From: a bacterium
GTDB taxonomy: Bacteria > Bacillota_I > Bacilli_A > RFN20 > CAG-826
Direction: 5' to 3'
Length of the DNA stretch: 64,000 nucleotides
NCBI GenBank assembly: GCA_029098125.1
Contig: JAQXNS010000009.1
Location: 6,556-70,555 of the forward strand
The position numbers and the translations under genes were made by a program. Below the pieces are notes generated by a model, which did not search any database, was not told where the DNA came from, and saw only the letters and a list, made by a program, of their open reading frames with translations. Position 1 is the first letter of the stretch. Each line of letters begins with the position of its first letter. Shown one piece after another: positions 38,214 to 48,785 of the stretch.

Positions 38214-40196
38214 ATGATTGAACTAATAAACGTTACGAAAAAATATAAAAGAAATACAATCATCAAAGATCTAAATTTGAAATTTCCTTCAACTGGCTTA
38301 TTTTTCATTATGGGTAAATCAGGTGAAGGAAAGTCAACTCTCTTAAATATTATTTCTCTTGTAGATAGAAAAATTAAAGGTGAAATTCTTTTTGATAATG
38401 AAAAAATAAGAAATTCTTCTAAATTCCGAAGGGAAAACATAGCTTATATCAACACGACCACTAATTTTTTAAAAGATTTGTCCATATACGAAAATTTAGT
38501 CTTTCTTTTTGATAGTTTTAATAAAAAGATTGATGAAGATAAATTAGCGAAGTATTTAAAAGATTTAGATTTGGATGAAAGAATTCTTCATTCCCACATC
38601 GATGAAGTGAGTGGAGGCGAACTGTCGAGATTATCAATTTTAAAAGGACTCATGTTAAATCAGAAAATTTTTCTTCTTGATGAAATGAGTCAATCTCTTG
38701 ATTTAAATAATGCTTTAAAATTAAAAGAAATACTTAAAACGATTAGTAAAGACGCATTAATTATTTTTGCAACTCACGATGAAAGAATAGTTGAAGAAAA
38801 CGACAAGGTTATCTCAATTAGTGAACACAAGTTCAGTCTCAATTATGTAAATGAAAACGAAAATTTTAAACCAATAGAAAAAAACAATAATTACTCATTC
38901 AATTTCTTTTTTACTTTAAAATTTGCGATTAAAAACTTCTTTATTCCTATTTTTGAAGCTTTTTTGATTGCTGTTTCATTTTTTTGCATAAGCTTCTCGA
39001 GTTTTTCACTTATGAATTATTCTTCGTTCAAACTTGATTACACAGATTTAATAAATCAGCTATCAAACGATAATTATCCTTTTTATTTATCAATTCGAAA
39101 ATTTGATGAGAAAAACATGTCATTTGAAGAGGTTGATAATTTTGTTGATAAATACAACTTAGATAACTACGTACTTTTAGGTGAAAGCGATGAATATATA
39201 AATAACAGGTTACCACTATACGACTACATTACATTAAAAAATTATAATTCTTCATTATTTTTTGAAGTCATCGGGAGAACTCCTTCATCTAACACTGAAA
39301 TTACAGTTAGTAAGGAATACCTTTTAGAAAATAATTATTTACCAAAAGATGATAATGAGTCTCTTTTAAAATATATAAATGAAAATAAACCTAAATTTAA
39401 AGATGAATATGGAAATAAAGAGCTCAATATTGTTGGTTTTATTTCTCCTGCCGAACATTTTAAAAGTGAATATAATGAAGTAATTGAAAAATATCTTGAT
39501 GATGAAATGGATCTTAAATCAACTATTTTATTTGAAAAGACTAAATTTTCTAACAAACAAATATTTTTTGAGGAAGAAACTAAAAAATACGAAGAAAGAT
39601 ATAAACCTTCAGAAATTATCTATCCACTACAAGGTCATAAAGATCAAATAATAAATATGTTTAATGCAGCCACTTTTAAAGAAGGTAAAACTATAAATTC
39701 CCTAGTTCTCAAAACAAATGAAACTACATATTCAATAACTTTAAATTCTTTTTTAAGGAACCAAATAATTTCACCTTATAATGCAAAAACAGTTGCTAAC
39801 ATAGCATTAGCTTCCATCTTATTTGCTTCATTATTTGTTTTTGTTCCATTAATCATTACTTTTGATTACTCACGAATTATGAAATTTAGAGAAATAATTA
39901 TTTTCTTAAAATTCAATGGTTTTTCATTTTCAATGCTTACGCTGCTATTTGAATTATTGCCTTCTTTAATTGCCTTAGTATCTTCAGTTGCTTCTTTTTC
40001 CTTAATTGATACATTTAATAATCTAGCTTTTTATAAGCATATTTCTAGGTTATTTTTAGAAGAAAAAATGTTATCTTTTAACCCAATATTTTATGTTCTT
40101 GCAGTTGTTATTTCTTTAATTTTATCAATTATAACTAGCATAATATCGATGAGAATCATATATATTAAAAAGCAAACAAAACTTGAAAAAGAGTGA
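38214..40196 (+). CDS. MacB-type fused ABC ATPase-FtsX permease (second copy)
   Basis: 'IMGKSGEGKSTLLN', 'VSGGELSRLSILKGL', 'FLLDEMSQSLD'; TM helices at about 225-255 and in the C-terminal 150 aa. Confidence 0.8.
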   Translation: MIELINVTKKYKRNTIIKDLNLKFPSTGLFFIMGKSGEGKSTLLNIISLVDRKIKGEILFDNEKIRNSSKFRRENIAYINTTTNFLKDLSIYENLVFLFDSFNKKIDEDKLAKYLKDLDLDERILHSHIDEVSGGELSRLSILKGLMLNQKIFLLDEMSQSLDLNNALKLKEILKTISKDALIIFATHDERIVEENDKVISISEHKFSLNYVNENENFKPIEKNNNYSFNFFFTLKFAIKNFFIPIFEAFLIAVSFFCISFSSFSLMNYSSFKLDYTDLINQLSNDNYPFYLSIRKFDEKNMSFEEVDNFVDKYNLDNYVLLGESDEYINNRLPLYDYITLKNYNSSLFFEVIGRTPSSNTEITVSKEYLLENNYLPKDDNESLLKYINENKPKFKDEYGNKELNIVGFISPAEHFKSEYNEVIEKYLDDEMDLKSTILFEKTKFSNKQIFFEEETKKYEERYKPSEIIYPLQGHKDQIINMFNAATFKEGKTINSLVLKTNETTYSITLNSFLRNQIISPYNAKTVANIALASILFASLFVFVPLIITFDYSRIMKFREIIIFLKFNGFSFSMLTLLFELLPSLIALVSSVASFSLIDTFNNLAFYKHISRLFLEEKMLSFNPIFYVLAVVISLILSIITSIISMRIIYIKKQTKLEKE

Positions 40197-40226
40197 TTCA
40201 ATAAACCTAAATATACTATAAAATTT

Positions 40227-40258
40227 CTCAAAAACCATGCAGAACTCAACTATTTTTG
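40227..40258 (-). repeat. REP-like element (reverse orientation) 'CTCAAAAACCATGCAGAACTCAACTATTTTTG'
   Basis: 30 bp after the ABC gene stop; family consensus CTCAAAAACC(C)TGCAGAAC(T/C)CCACTATTTTTG. Confidence 0.65.
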
Positions 40259-40561
40259 TTAAAAAACATAATTCATCCTTTTATTTTTAAATATATATTT
40301 GCAATTGGAATATACAAAATTTAGTAAATGTATATACAAAAATAATATTAATTCTTGATTGGCTAATGGCTAAGGAGTTTTATTTCTGAAACCGATTATA
40401 AATGATGTTATATTTAAAAAAGAAATTTTTGAAAATAATGGACTCAGAAATAATAAGAAGCTTAATTTATAAATAAAATGCGATTAAATTACTACTCGAC
40501 CCCAAAAATTATCGCACTTTTATTGTTTAAGTCTTGTCTTCAGTGTATTACCTGTTTATTT

Positions 40562-40602
40562 GGAGAATCACTTAAAATCTTGTGCTAAATTTTAAAAACG
40601 GG
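40562..40602. repeat. solo copy of IS-associated repeat 'GGAGAATCACTTAAAATCTTGTGCTAAATTTTAAAAACGGG'
   Basis: Contains, uninterrupted, the two halves that flank IS1634-like element 1 (16929..16957 and 18802..18823). Confidence 0.6.
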
Positions 40603-40693
40603 TACCTTGCGTTTTTTAGTGTATTAACTACATTATTACGTTGCGTTTTTTAGTATATTAGATTTAGAAAAAGTTACGTAAAATATTATAGGT

Positions 40694-41234
40694 TATGAAA
40701 TTACGATATTTAAAAGAAAAGCTTATAACAAATTAATTGAATGGAAAGATAAGTCTAGGGGAAGAGCTACTATGTTAATTGAAGGAGCTAGGCGTATTGG
40801 AAAATAAACTATAGTTGAGGAGTTTGCAAAGAACAATTATAAAAGTTATGATCTTATTGATTTTTCTATTGCATCAGACAAAATAAAAGAAATTTTTGAA
40901 AATACATTATCAAATCTTGATACTTTTTTTATGCTACTTTCTTTTGAAACAGGAGTTTCGCTATATCAAAGAGAATCACACATTATTTTTGATGAAGTGC
41001 AAAAATATCCTAATGCAAGAGAAGCAATAAAACATTTGGTAAAAGATGGAAGATATGACTTATATTGAGACTGGATCTTTAATATCTATAAAAGAAAATG
41101 TCAATGACATATTAATTCCTTCTGAAGAAGAAAGCTTAACAATGATGTATCCTATGGATTTTGAGGAATTTGCAGAACCAATAGGCGAATCTATGTTTTT
41201 CAACAAAAATAGTGGAGTTCTGCAGGGTTTTTGA
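40694..41234 (+). pseudogene. decayed AAA_14/DUF4143-family ATPase gene (multiple in-frame stops)
   Basis: 'KRKAYNKLIEWKDKSRGRATMLIEGARRIGK*' then 'IIFDEVQKYPNAREAIKHLVKDGRYDLY*' parallel the intact paralog (KRKIDKYLDEWLL..VVGIRQCGKT; IFFDEIQECPRARLSFK..DGRYKVIGSGSY). Confidence 0.55.
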
Positions 41235-41277
41235 AATATTTTTGGAATTTATAGCTCATAAAAATTCAGAATTTTCG
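41204..41277 (+). repeat. REP-like element, long form (forward orientation)
   Basis: 'CAAAAATAGTGGAGTTCTGCAGGGTTTTTGAAATATTTTTGGAATTTATAGCTCATAAAAATTCAGAATTTTCG' shares core and 3' extension with 3454..3530 and 35013..35090. Confidence 0.65.
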
Positions 41278-41487
41278 TTATCATTTTCCATTTGCTCAAT
41301 GTCTTTTTTGTAAAATAAAATTGAATTTTGTCCTTAGTAAATGATAAAAATTTTTCGCTTTTTAATTTTTTAATTAGTTATTTTTTGATCCAAGATAATT
41401 TCTTTCTGACACACCAAGACGCTATCACTTAGAAAAAAATAATAATCTCGAGTATTTAATAATTAAGAAAAATATTATAATCAAAAT

Positions 41488-42360
41488 ATGAGTTTTAATT
41501 TTTCACCCTATATTCGCTTAGCGATGTATCATACTTGGTTAAGTGATTACTATTTAGATCGTTCAATTTTTGATTTTGAACTTATTTTTATTGATAAAGG
41601 GAAAATGAAAATTGAAATTGATGGAAATACTTTAATTGTTAGTGAAGGAGATTTCATTTTAATCCCACCTAATGTTCATCATAAAATTTCTTGGTATGAA
41701 GAGAATTGCTGCCAGCCTCATGTACATTTTGATTTTGTTAAAGATGCTTTAAGTGAGACAGTACCTATATCTTTTAAAACAAGAGAAAATATGAGTGATG
41801 TCGAATTAACATATTTTCGTGAGAATTTTTTGAAGAAAAATAATATTAATGTTCCATACGTTGTCCATCCTAAAAATATATCTTTTGTTAGAGATACAAT
41901 GCTAGATTTAATTGATGCCTTTACATTTTTAGATCCAATGAAAGAATTAAGGATGGAAGGGGATTTAAAAACACTCATTTCTATTTTCATTTCCGAATCA
42001 TTAGAATATAACCTTGATTCAGAAAATATGGATACAATCACCTTACTTGTTAGATATATGACTGAAAATCTAAAAGAAAACTTAACATTAAATGACTTCG
42101 AACTTAAAACAAATCTAACAAGTTGGACCTTAAATAATCTATTTAGAAAGGTATACAATACAACACCTAAAAAATATTACGATGGTTTACGTATAGTATA
42201 TGTAAAAAACTTACTAAGAAATTCATTTAAATCCATTAAAGAAATCAGCGAAATGATGCTTTTTAACGAGCCTCAAACTTTTTCTCGCTGGTTTTATAAT
42301 CTAGACGGAAGATATCCAACTGAATATAAAAAAGCAAAGAGCAAAAAAGTAATGAAATAA
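41488..42360 (+). CDS. AraC-family transcriptional regulator (cupin sensor + HTH)
   Basis: N-terminal cupin-like 'LIVSEGDFILIPPNVHHKI'; C-terminal AraC HTH 'LNDFELKTNLTSWTLNNLFRKVYNTTPKKYYDGLRIVYVKNLL'. Confidence 0.75.
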   Translation: MSFNFSPYIRLAMYHTWLSDYYLDRSIFDFELIFIDKGKMKIEIDGNTLIVSEGDFILIPPNVHHKISWYEENCCQPHVHFDFVKDALSETVPISFKTRENMSDVELTYFRENFLKKNNINVPYVVHPKNISFVRDTMLDLIDAFTFLDPMKELRMEGDLKTLISIFISESLEYNLDSENMDTITLLVRYMTENLKENLTLNDFELKTNLTSWTLNNLFRKVYNTTPKKYYDGLRIVYVKNLLRNSFKSIKEISEMMLFNEPQTFSRWFYNLDGRYPTEYKKAKSKKVMK

Positions 42361-42511
42361 ACTCTTACTAATTTTTGTTAACACTTTTCAAAAAAAATAA
42401 CTAATTTAACTCCTTTTAGAAAATTTTTGTTATCATTTACAATTTTTTGATACTATGAATTCAAAAAAGATTATTTGATAATATAGGTAATAAATAGGAG
42501 AAATCAAAAAT

Positions 42512-43876
42512 ATGAAAAAAATTCTTTTTGGAGTTTTTAGCCTTTTTTCGTTGTGTCTTCTTAGTTGTACTCCACCATCAGATATAATTATTGATGATGA
42601 AGAAGAAAAAGTAGAAGAAGGTGCCACATCTATCAATATGTGGATGATGGATTTCCAAGAATGGGAAAATAGAATTAATATCTCTCAAAGAAAGAAATTT
42701 AATTCTAATACCAACGATGGAATCCAATTAAATCAAAATTATATCAATAAAAATAATTTTGATGAGATGATTCGTTCAGCTTATGAATCGAAAAACGTTC
42801 CTGATATCTATATGGTCAGTTATGGAAATTTATATAAAGAAATTTCTAGTGGTAGAGCTATTGATATCAGTGGTTTATTTTCAAGTGAAATATGGAATGA
42901 TTTAACAGATACTGCAAAAACTGCTGTTACATATGATGGAAAACATTATGGTTTTCCAATCAATCTAGAACCTTCAACAATCCTTGCTTATAGAAAAGAT
43001 TTACTTAAAGAATATGGAAAAGTTGAAGAAATTCCAACAAAATGGGCTGATTTTTTAACACTTTGTGGAACAATGAAATCAAATTTAAAATCCGCAAATA
43101 AAAAGAATATTTATCCATTTGGTGTTCCAACAGGCGTTGCTTGTGCTTGGGGCACATGGGGTTTACAAGCTAGCGCAACTGGTGGACTTGCCGTAACTGA
43201 TGATTGGTCAACTTCAAGAATTACAGAGCCAGGATATAAAGAAATTTGTGAATTATGGTCAACTGTTTATGGAAATGGATATGTCCCATTATCAAGTGGT
43301 GAATATACTGAATCAATTTTTGATGTTTGCGATGGAAAAGCTATTACAACAATGTGTGGAAGCTGGTCTTTTGCTTCAGTTTTAAATATGTATCCTGAAT
43401 TAAAGGATCAAGTTGGCTTCATTCCTCTTCCAACATTTGATGGTAGTAAAGATAAAGTCACCGCAACAAATGGTGGCTGGTGTTATGTCATCAGTAGCGA
43501 ATGTAAAGATAAAGCAAAAGCAGCTGAAGTTATTAAATTCTTAGTTGCTGAAGATACAGAACAATCTGTTGACTATTTTTCACGTGCTTTCTACTCAAAA
43601 TTTGCTACAAGAAAATCAGTTCAAGCTTTAGTTAATGAAAAAGCATCAAAACAAAATGATGTTCCAAAACAATGGATCGACACATTAAATGATGTTGCTT
43701 CAAGAGCAATCTTAGAACCAATTTATGATTGGAATATTTCAGTTGCAGTTGAAGGTATGTTTGAAGAAAGCGCAATGGGAAATGGCATCGATGAAACTAT
43801 TGCTAAATGTGACAAAACTGTAAAAGACATTATTTCAAGAAATAATTTAGCAGGAACAAATCCAAGGTTAAAATAA
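42512..43876 (+). CDS. sugar ABC transporter substrate-binding lipoprotein
   Basis: AGGAGA RBS; lipobox 'CLLSCTPP'; family-1 SBP architecture; first gene of permease operon. Confidence 0.75.
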   Translation: MKKILFGVFSLFSLCLLSCTPPSDIIIDDEEEKVEEGATSINMWMMDFQEWENRINISQRKKFNSNTNDGIQLNQNYINKNNFDEMIRSAYESKNVPDIYMVSYGNLYKEISSGRAIDISGLFSSEIWNDLTDTAKTAVTYDGKHYGFPINLEPSTILAYRKDLLKEYGKVEEIPTKWADFLTLCGTMKSNLKSANKKNIYPFGVPTGVACAWGTWGLQASATGGLAVTDDWSTSRITEPGYKEICELWSTVYGNGYVPLSSGEYTESIFDVCDGKAITTMCGSWSFASVLNMYPELKDQVGFIPLPTFDGSKDKVTATNGGWCYVISSECKDKAKAAEVIKFLVAEDTEQSVDYFSRAFYSKFATRKSVQALVNEKASKQNDVPKQWIDTLNDVASRAILEPIYDWNISVAVEGMFEESAMGNGIDETIAKCDKTVKDIISRNNLAGTNPRLK

Positions 43877-44787
43877 TGAAACAATTTCATTTACTACCAA
43901 AAGATAAGAAAAAAGAAGAAAAAGTATCTGGCTGGATTCTTATTGCTCCAGCCCTGATCCTTTTAATAATATTTGTCATTACTCCTTTAATAATGGCAAT
44001 TTATAGATCTTTTTTCTATTTTGAAAGTGGTCCAAATGATTCATATTTCGTAGGTTTTGAAAATTATGCAAAGGTATTTCAAAATGAAGTATTTGTAAAA
44101 TCTTTACTAAATATTGTCATAATGACCCTTTTAATTGTTGCTTTTCAAGTAATTGGTGCTTTCCTTTTTGCAAACATCCTTGTAACAATGAAAGGTAGAT
44201 TTGGTGTTTTTGCAAGAACTATTATTTATTTACCTTACCTATTTTCAGGAGTAATTGTTGGCAGTATTTTTACTTTACTTACATTTTATAATGGTGGAGT
44301 CATTAATGGTATCCTTGGAAATATTGGTTTAGATCCAATCCCATTTACATATGACACATTTTGGGCATACGTTTCAATAATTGTTCCTACTTTATGGGTT
44401 GGTTCTGGTTATACAACACTTATTTTCTATAGTGGTTTAATCAATATTCCAAAAGATTACTATGAAGCTTCAATGGTTGATGGAGCAAATTTCTTAAAAA
44501 GAACTTGGTATATTGTTTTACCTCAACTCAAGAATTATTTTGTATTAATTATTGTTACTTTAGTTACAGCAAATTTACAAATGTTTGAAATTCCAATGTT
44601 AATGACAAATGGTTTGCCACTAAATGAAACAATGACACCTGTTCTTTATTTAATTCATGTTAGAGCCAATGGCAATGTTTCTCAATCAGAAATCATTGCT
44701 TCATCAATTATGATTATGATTTTTATTGGTGCAATTAATGCGATTGTATTTGCTTTAACAAATAGAAAAGAAAAGAGGGCATCATAA
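43876..44787 (+). CDS. sugar ABC transporter permease (MalF/UgpA-like)
   Basis: Six TM helices, EAA-type loop 'YEASMVDGANFLKRTWYIVLPQL'. Confidence 0.85.
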   Translation: MKQFHLLPKDKKKEEKVSGWILIAPALILLIIFVITPLIMAIYRSFFYFESGPNDSYFVGFENYAKVFQNEVFVKSLLNIVIMTLLIVAFQVIGAFLFANILVTMKGRFGVFARTIIYLPYLFSGVIVGSIFTLLTFYNGGVINGILGNIGLDPIPFTYDTFWAYVSIIVPTLWVGSGYTTLIFYSGLINIPKDYYEASMVDGANFLKRTWYIVLPQLKNYFVLIIVTLVTANLQMFEIPMLMTNGLPLNETMTPVLYLIHVRANGNVSQSEIIASSIMIMIFIGAINAIVFALTNRKEKRAS

Positions 44788-45680
44788 TGAGTAGCCTAGA
44801 TCTTAATAGAGGATTTAATAAAAAAGAGATTCCTCTAAAAAATAAAATTATTAGAGTATTACTTTATATTATTGTAATTTTTGTTTTAATTAATATCTTT
44901 TTGCCTTTATTCTTTGCTATTTTAGCAATGTTTAAGGACAAAAAAGAGATTTTTAGTGCAGAATTTTCAATTTTTCCTATCAATTGGACCTTCGATAATT
45001 TCTCTAGACTATTCTACTTAGAATACACAACTATCGGTGTCAATTATTTTCAATCATTATTTGTCACTTTAGCTGTTAGTGCAATTTCAATGGTGCTTTC
45101 ACTATTTATAAATTCAATTGCTGGCTACGCCTTTGCTAGACTTGAATTTCCATTAAAAAGAACAGTTTTTGCGATTGTTATTTCAACAATGTTTATTCCT
45201 GGAATTACTATCCTTTTAACATCAATTAGCGTAGTTAGTGCTTTGAATATGATGAATACAATCTGGGTTTTAATTATTCCTGGTTTATCAAGTGCATACA
45301 ACATATTCTTTTTTAAACAATTCTATTCTGGCTTTCCAAAGGATTATGATGAAGCAGCAAGAGTTGATGGATGTAATTCAATTGAAATATTCTTCAAAAT
45401 TTACGTTCCAAATTCATTAACTCCAATGGTCATTATGGGAGCCGGGACATTTATTGGTTATTACAATTCATACCTTTGGCCAACACTTACAATTGACCAA
45501 GATCACAAAGGTTTAACACAAATAATGTCTTTAATTTATTCATTATTTAATGATCAATCAACTTTAGGCTACGGTGCAGTTTTAGCAGCAAGCGTCATCG
45601 CTTTAATTCCTGCAGTTTTAGTCTTCATAATTGTTCAAAGATATATTAGGGAGGGAATCGCTTTATCAGGCGTTAAATAA
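44787..45680 (+). CDS. sugar ABC transporter permease (MalG/UgpE-like)
   Basis: EAA loop 'DEAARVDGCNSIEIFFKIYVPNS'; overlapping start/stop with upstream permease. Confidence 0.85.
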   Translation: MSSLDLNRGFNKKEIPLKNKIIRVLLYIIVIFVLINIFLPLFFAILAMFKDKKEIFSAEFSIFPINWTFDNFSRLFYLEYTTIGVNYFQSLFVTLAVSAISMVLSLFINSIAGYAFARLEFPLKRTVFAIVISTMFIPGITILLTSISVVSALNMMNTIWVLIIPGLSSAYNIFFFKQFYSGFPKDYDEAARVDGCNSIEIFFKIYVPNSLTPMVIMGAGTFIGYYNSYLWPTLTIDQDHKGLTQIMSLIYSLFNDQSTLGYGAVLAASVIALIPAVLVFIIVQRYIREGIALSGVK

Positions 45681-45681
45681 T

Positions 45682-46734
45682 ATGATCGGACATGATTTAT
45701 CAAATATTTATTTAAAAAAGAAAGGTATTCGAAAAAGAGTTTCAAGTTATGATAAAACTGGTGGAAACGATGATCGAATATATATAAAACCAAATGAAGA
45801 TAGAGTTATTTTTGATGTGCATACCAGTGGTTTAATTGAACATATTTGGATGACACAAATGAATTTTGGTGATGTCATTGAAAAAAATGCTTTTCGAAAA
45901 GTTTATTTAAAATTCTATTGGGAAGATTCAATATATCCTAGTGTTTTAGTTCCACTTGGCGATTTCTTTGGCTTAGGTCATGGGATTTCAAAAAATTATG
46001 TTAGCGAACCACTTCAAATGTCACCTCAAGATGGAAGAGGATTAAATTGCTACTTCCCTATGCCTTTTAAAAAAGCTGCGCGAATTGAAGTTGTAAATGA
46101 ATGCGACACAACACTAATGCTTTATTTTTACATCGACTATGAAGAAAAAGAATTTGATGAAGAAATAATGTATTTTAATGCTTATTGGCATAGAGAATGC
46201 CCAACTAAAGGCAAAGATTATCACACATTTCCAACAAGAGAAGATTTCCTTTTTAAAGGAGAAAACAAAACAAATGAAGAAAATTATGTACTTTTAGATG
46301 TTGAAGGCGAAGGACATTACGTTGGATGCAATCTAAATATTCATAATTTAAGTGATTGTGATTCTTGGGATTGGATTGGAGAAGGTGATGATGTAATTTT
46401 CATTGATAATGATCCAAGTTTAACAATTTATGGAACAGGAACAGAAGATTATTTTTCAACATCTTGGTGTCCAAGCGAAGAATATAATGCTCCATATCAT
46501 GGAATTATATTAAAAGGAAAAGATAACTGGAAAGGCAAAACTTCATATTATCGTTACCATATTAAAGATCCAATTACTTTTAGAAAATCAATAAAAGTCA
46601 CAATCGAACACGGACATAATAACAATAGATGCGACGATTATTCTTCAACTGCCTATTTTTATATGTCAAAACCATATCAACACAAGGTACCAATATCAGC
46701 TAAAGAGGATCGAATCCCTTTAGATGATAATTAA
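45682..46734 (+). CDS. intracellular glycoside-hydrolase-like protein, possibly DUF2961/GH172
   Basis: No signal peptide; 'DWIGEGDDVIFIDNDPSLTIYGTGTEDYF' block; ATG 45682 immediately after the permease stop (ORF-track start 45631 is TTG); family call is from memory of the GH172 fold family, not verified. Confidence 0.4.
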   Translation: MIGHDLSNIYLKKKGIRKRVSSYDKTGGNDDRIYIKPNEDRVIFDVHTSGLIEHIWMTQMNFGDVIEKNAFRKVYLKFYWEDSIYPSVLVPLGDFFGLGHGISKNYVSEPLQMSPQDGRGLNCYFPMPFKKAARIEVVNECDTTLMLYFYIDYEEKEFDEEIMYFNAYWHRECPTKGKDYHTFPTREDFLFKGENKTNEENYVLLDVEGEGHYVGCNLNIHNLSDCDSWDWIGEGDDVIFIDNDPSLTIYGTGTEDYFSTSWCPSEEYNAPYHGIILKGKDNWKGKTSYYRYHIKDPITFRKSIKVTIEHGHNNNRCDDYSSTAYFYMSKPYQHKVPISAKEDRIPLDDN

Positions 46735-46763
46735 ATATTTAAATATCTGAAAGGAGTATAATA

Positions 46764-48785
46764 ATGAAAGGATGTTTAATGATTTTAGCACTTAGTGGAA
46801 TACTTTGCGCTAATAGTTTATCAGCAATTCGTCCAGCAAAAAATTATATTTATGCTGACAATGTTTTCCCAAATGGAGATTTTAGTTTATCCGCAGGGGA
46901 ATATGTAATTGGTTCTCCAGTTACTGGAGCAGGAGAAGGCTTAGGTAGCATCTCTGATGCTAGTGCCAGGTTAGTTGCTTGCGAAGATGGTGTAGATAAT
47001 ACAGTCATTCGTGCAGAAGGAACCGGATTTGCAGCACTATTTAAACTTTTGCCAATTGTAAGTGGAGAAACTTATAATGTTAGTTTCGATTATAAAGTTG
47101 ATGGAGAAACAGACAATATTGGTATTGCATTCTGGTGTACATCATTAAGTAATCGTTTACCTGAAATTAATATTTTTGATGGCAATCAAAATAAAGATTG
47201 TACTTTCACAGATCTTGAAAACGGATATAAAAGAGTCAGTTTCACAAGAACCTTTGATGCAGGTCAAACTTACGATTCAGCTCATGTTTGGTGCAATGTT
47301 ACAAATGCAAAAATTTATTTAGATAATTTCTCTGTTGTTAATAGCGCAAGCGAAAATATTTGGAGCCACGGTGATTTAACTGGATTTTTAGATTATGCTT
47401 CTTCAGAAGTTACTGAGACACCAGATTCTAATGGAATTTATGGAAAGAATGCATCATACGGTAACAAAAACGTTAAAATTTCAAATGGTGGAAAATATGG
47501 TGCTCTCGCTGAATTAACAGCAAATGATTATGCACTTGATGTAACATTCAAAGATACAGAAATTAAAGCAACTGAAAATTTAAACTTTGTAACTTTAGAT
47601 AATGAAAATAAAGTTATTGGAACTTATAAAGTTATTGAAAATGGTGCTACTTTAGGAAATGAAGAAACATCTAGTAGTAGAGTTACATTTAAAGGCTCAA
47701 AAGATGTTAAAAAAGTTCAATTTGAATACACAGGCGATGATATTTCAATTTCAAATATCGCTTTAAGAGCTTATTTTGAAGACATTTTTGATCCAGAAGC
47801 AACATATTATGAAAGCAAAAACTACATTGTTAATGGTGATTTTGAAAAATTTGACGAAGGCTTAAAATTCACAGAAGAGCAAGCTGAAGGTGCTTGGGGA
47901 AGCGTTGTTAACTTCGACAATGGTGCTAGAATTGTAAAAGAATCAGATTCAAAACGTGCTGCTATTGGTAGACATGATGAAGCAGATACAAAAGGATTTT
48001 CATCAATGTTTGTTAAGACACCAGATGAAATCGCAATTGGTGATCTTATTAGATTTAGATGTGATGTTAAAGTCGTAACAAGTGATCCAATCGATACATA
48101 TAATGAAGCAAATGTTTGCTTTGTTGGTGGAGCAAATCAATCATATTATAAGATTGATTTTAGATCTGCAGATCCAGACAAACCTGAAACATTAAAAACA
48201 AGTGGTGTTGAATCAAGACCATTTGCTGTTAAAGCTGAAAAAATAGAAAATGGCTATGTTAGATATACACTTGATATGCAAGTTACTAACGATAAGATTC
48301 AATGGGACTCACTTAGATGGTTATTCACACCTCATGCTATTGGCGATTTAATGTATGTTGATAATGTTGAACTTAGATTCTTATCAACAGAAGCTCCAAA
48401 AACAGAAGTTACAAGCGTTGAAATCGACAGTGAAGATATTGAACTTAAAGTTGGTGAAGAAAAAACTGTTACAGCTACAGTTAATCCAGAAAATGCAGAT
48501 GATAAGACATTAACTTGGGAAAGCAGCAACACAGCTGTTGCAACTGTAGAAAATGGAAAAATCACTGCAGTCAGTGAAGGTACAGCTGAAATTTCAGTAA
48601 AATCAACAAATGGTAAGACAGATTCAATCATCGTTACAGTTTTACCAGCAGATAAAGAAGAGCCAAAAGAAAATAATTCTAACGTTGCAATTATTGCAAC
48701 ATCTGCAACTTTAGGAACAGTTGCTGTTGCTGGAATCGCTTTTGCTATATTCAAAGTTATTTCTAAAAGAAAAGGTATAAAATAA
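46764..48785 (+). CDS. cell-surface protein with signal peptide, carbohydrate-binding-like region, Big_2 Ig-like domain and C-terminal TM anchor
   Basis: AAAGGAG RBS; Big_2 'VTSVEIDSEDIELKVGEEKTVTATVNPENADDKTLTWESSNTAVATVENGKITAVSEGTAEISVKSTNGKTDSIIVTV'; C-terminal 'VAIIATSATLGTVAVAGIAFAIFKVI' then basic tail. Confidence 0.7.
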   Translation: MKGCLMILALSGILCANSLSAIRPAKNYIYADNVFPNGDFSLSAGEYVIGSPVTGAGEGLGSISDASARLVACEDGVDNTVIRAEGTGFAALFKLLPIVSGETYNVSFDYKVDGETDNIGIAFWCTSLSNRLPEINIFDGNQNKDCTFTDLENGYKRVSFTRTFDAGQTYDSAHVWCNVTNAKIYLDNFSVVNSASENIWSHGDLTGFLDYASSEVTETPDSNGIYGKNASYGNKNVKISNGGKYGALAELTANDYALDVTFKDTEIKATENLNFVTLDNENKVIGTYKVIENGATLGNEETSSSRVTFKGSKDVKKVQFEYTGDDISISNIALRAYFEDIFDPEATYYESKNYIVNGDFEKFDEGLKFTEEQAEGAWGSVVNFDNGARIVKESDSKRAAIGRHDEADTKGFSSMFVKTPDEIAIGDLIRFRCDVKVVTSDPIDTYNEANVCFVGGANQSYYKIDFRSADPDKPETLKTSGVESRPFAVKAEKIENGYVRYTLDMQVTNDKIQWDSLRWLFTPHAIGDLMYVDNVELRFLSTEAPKTEVTSVEIDSEDIELKVGEEKTVTATVNPENADDKTLTWESSNTAVATVENGKITAVSEGTAEISVKSTNGKTDSIIVTVLPADKEEPKENNSNVAIIATSATLGTVAVAGIAFAIFKVISKRKGIK

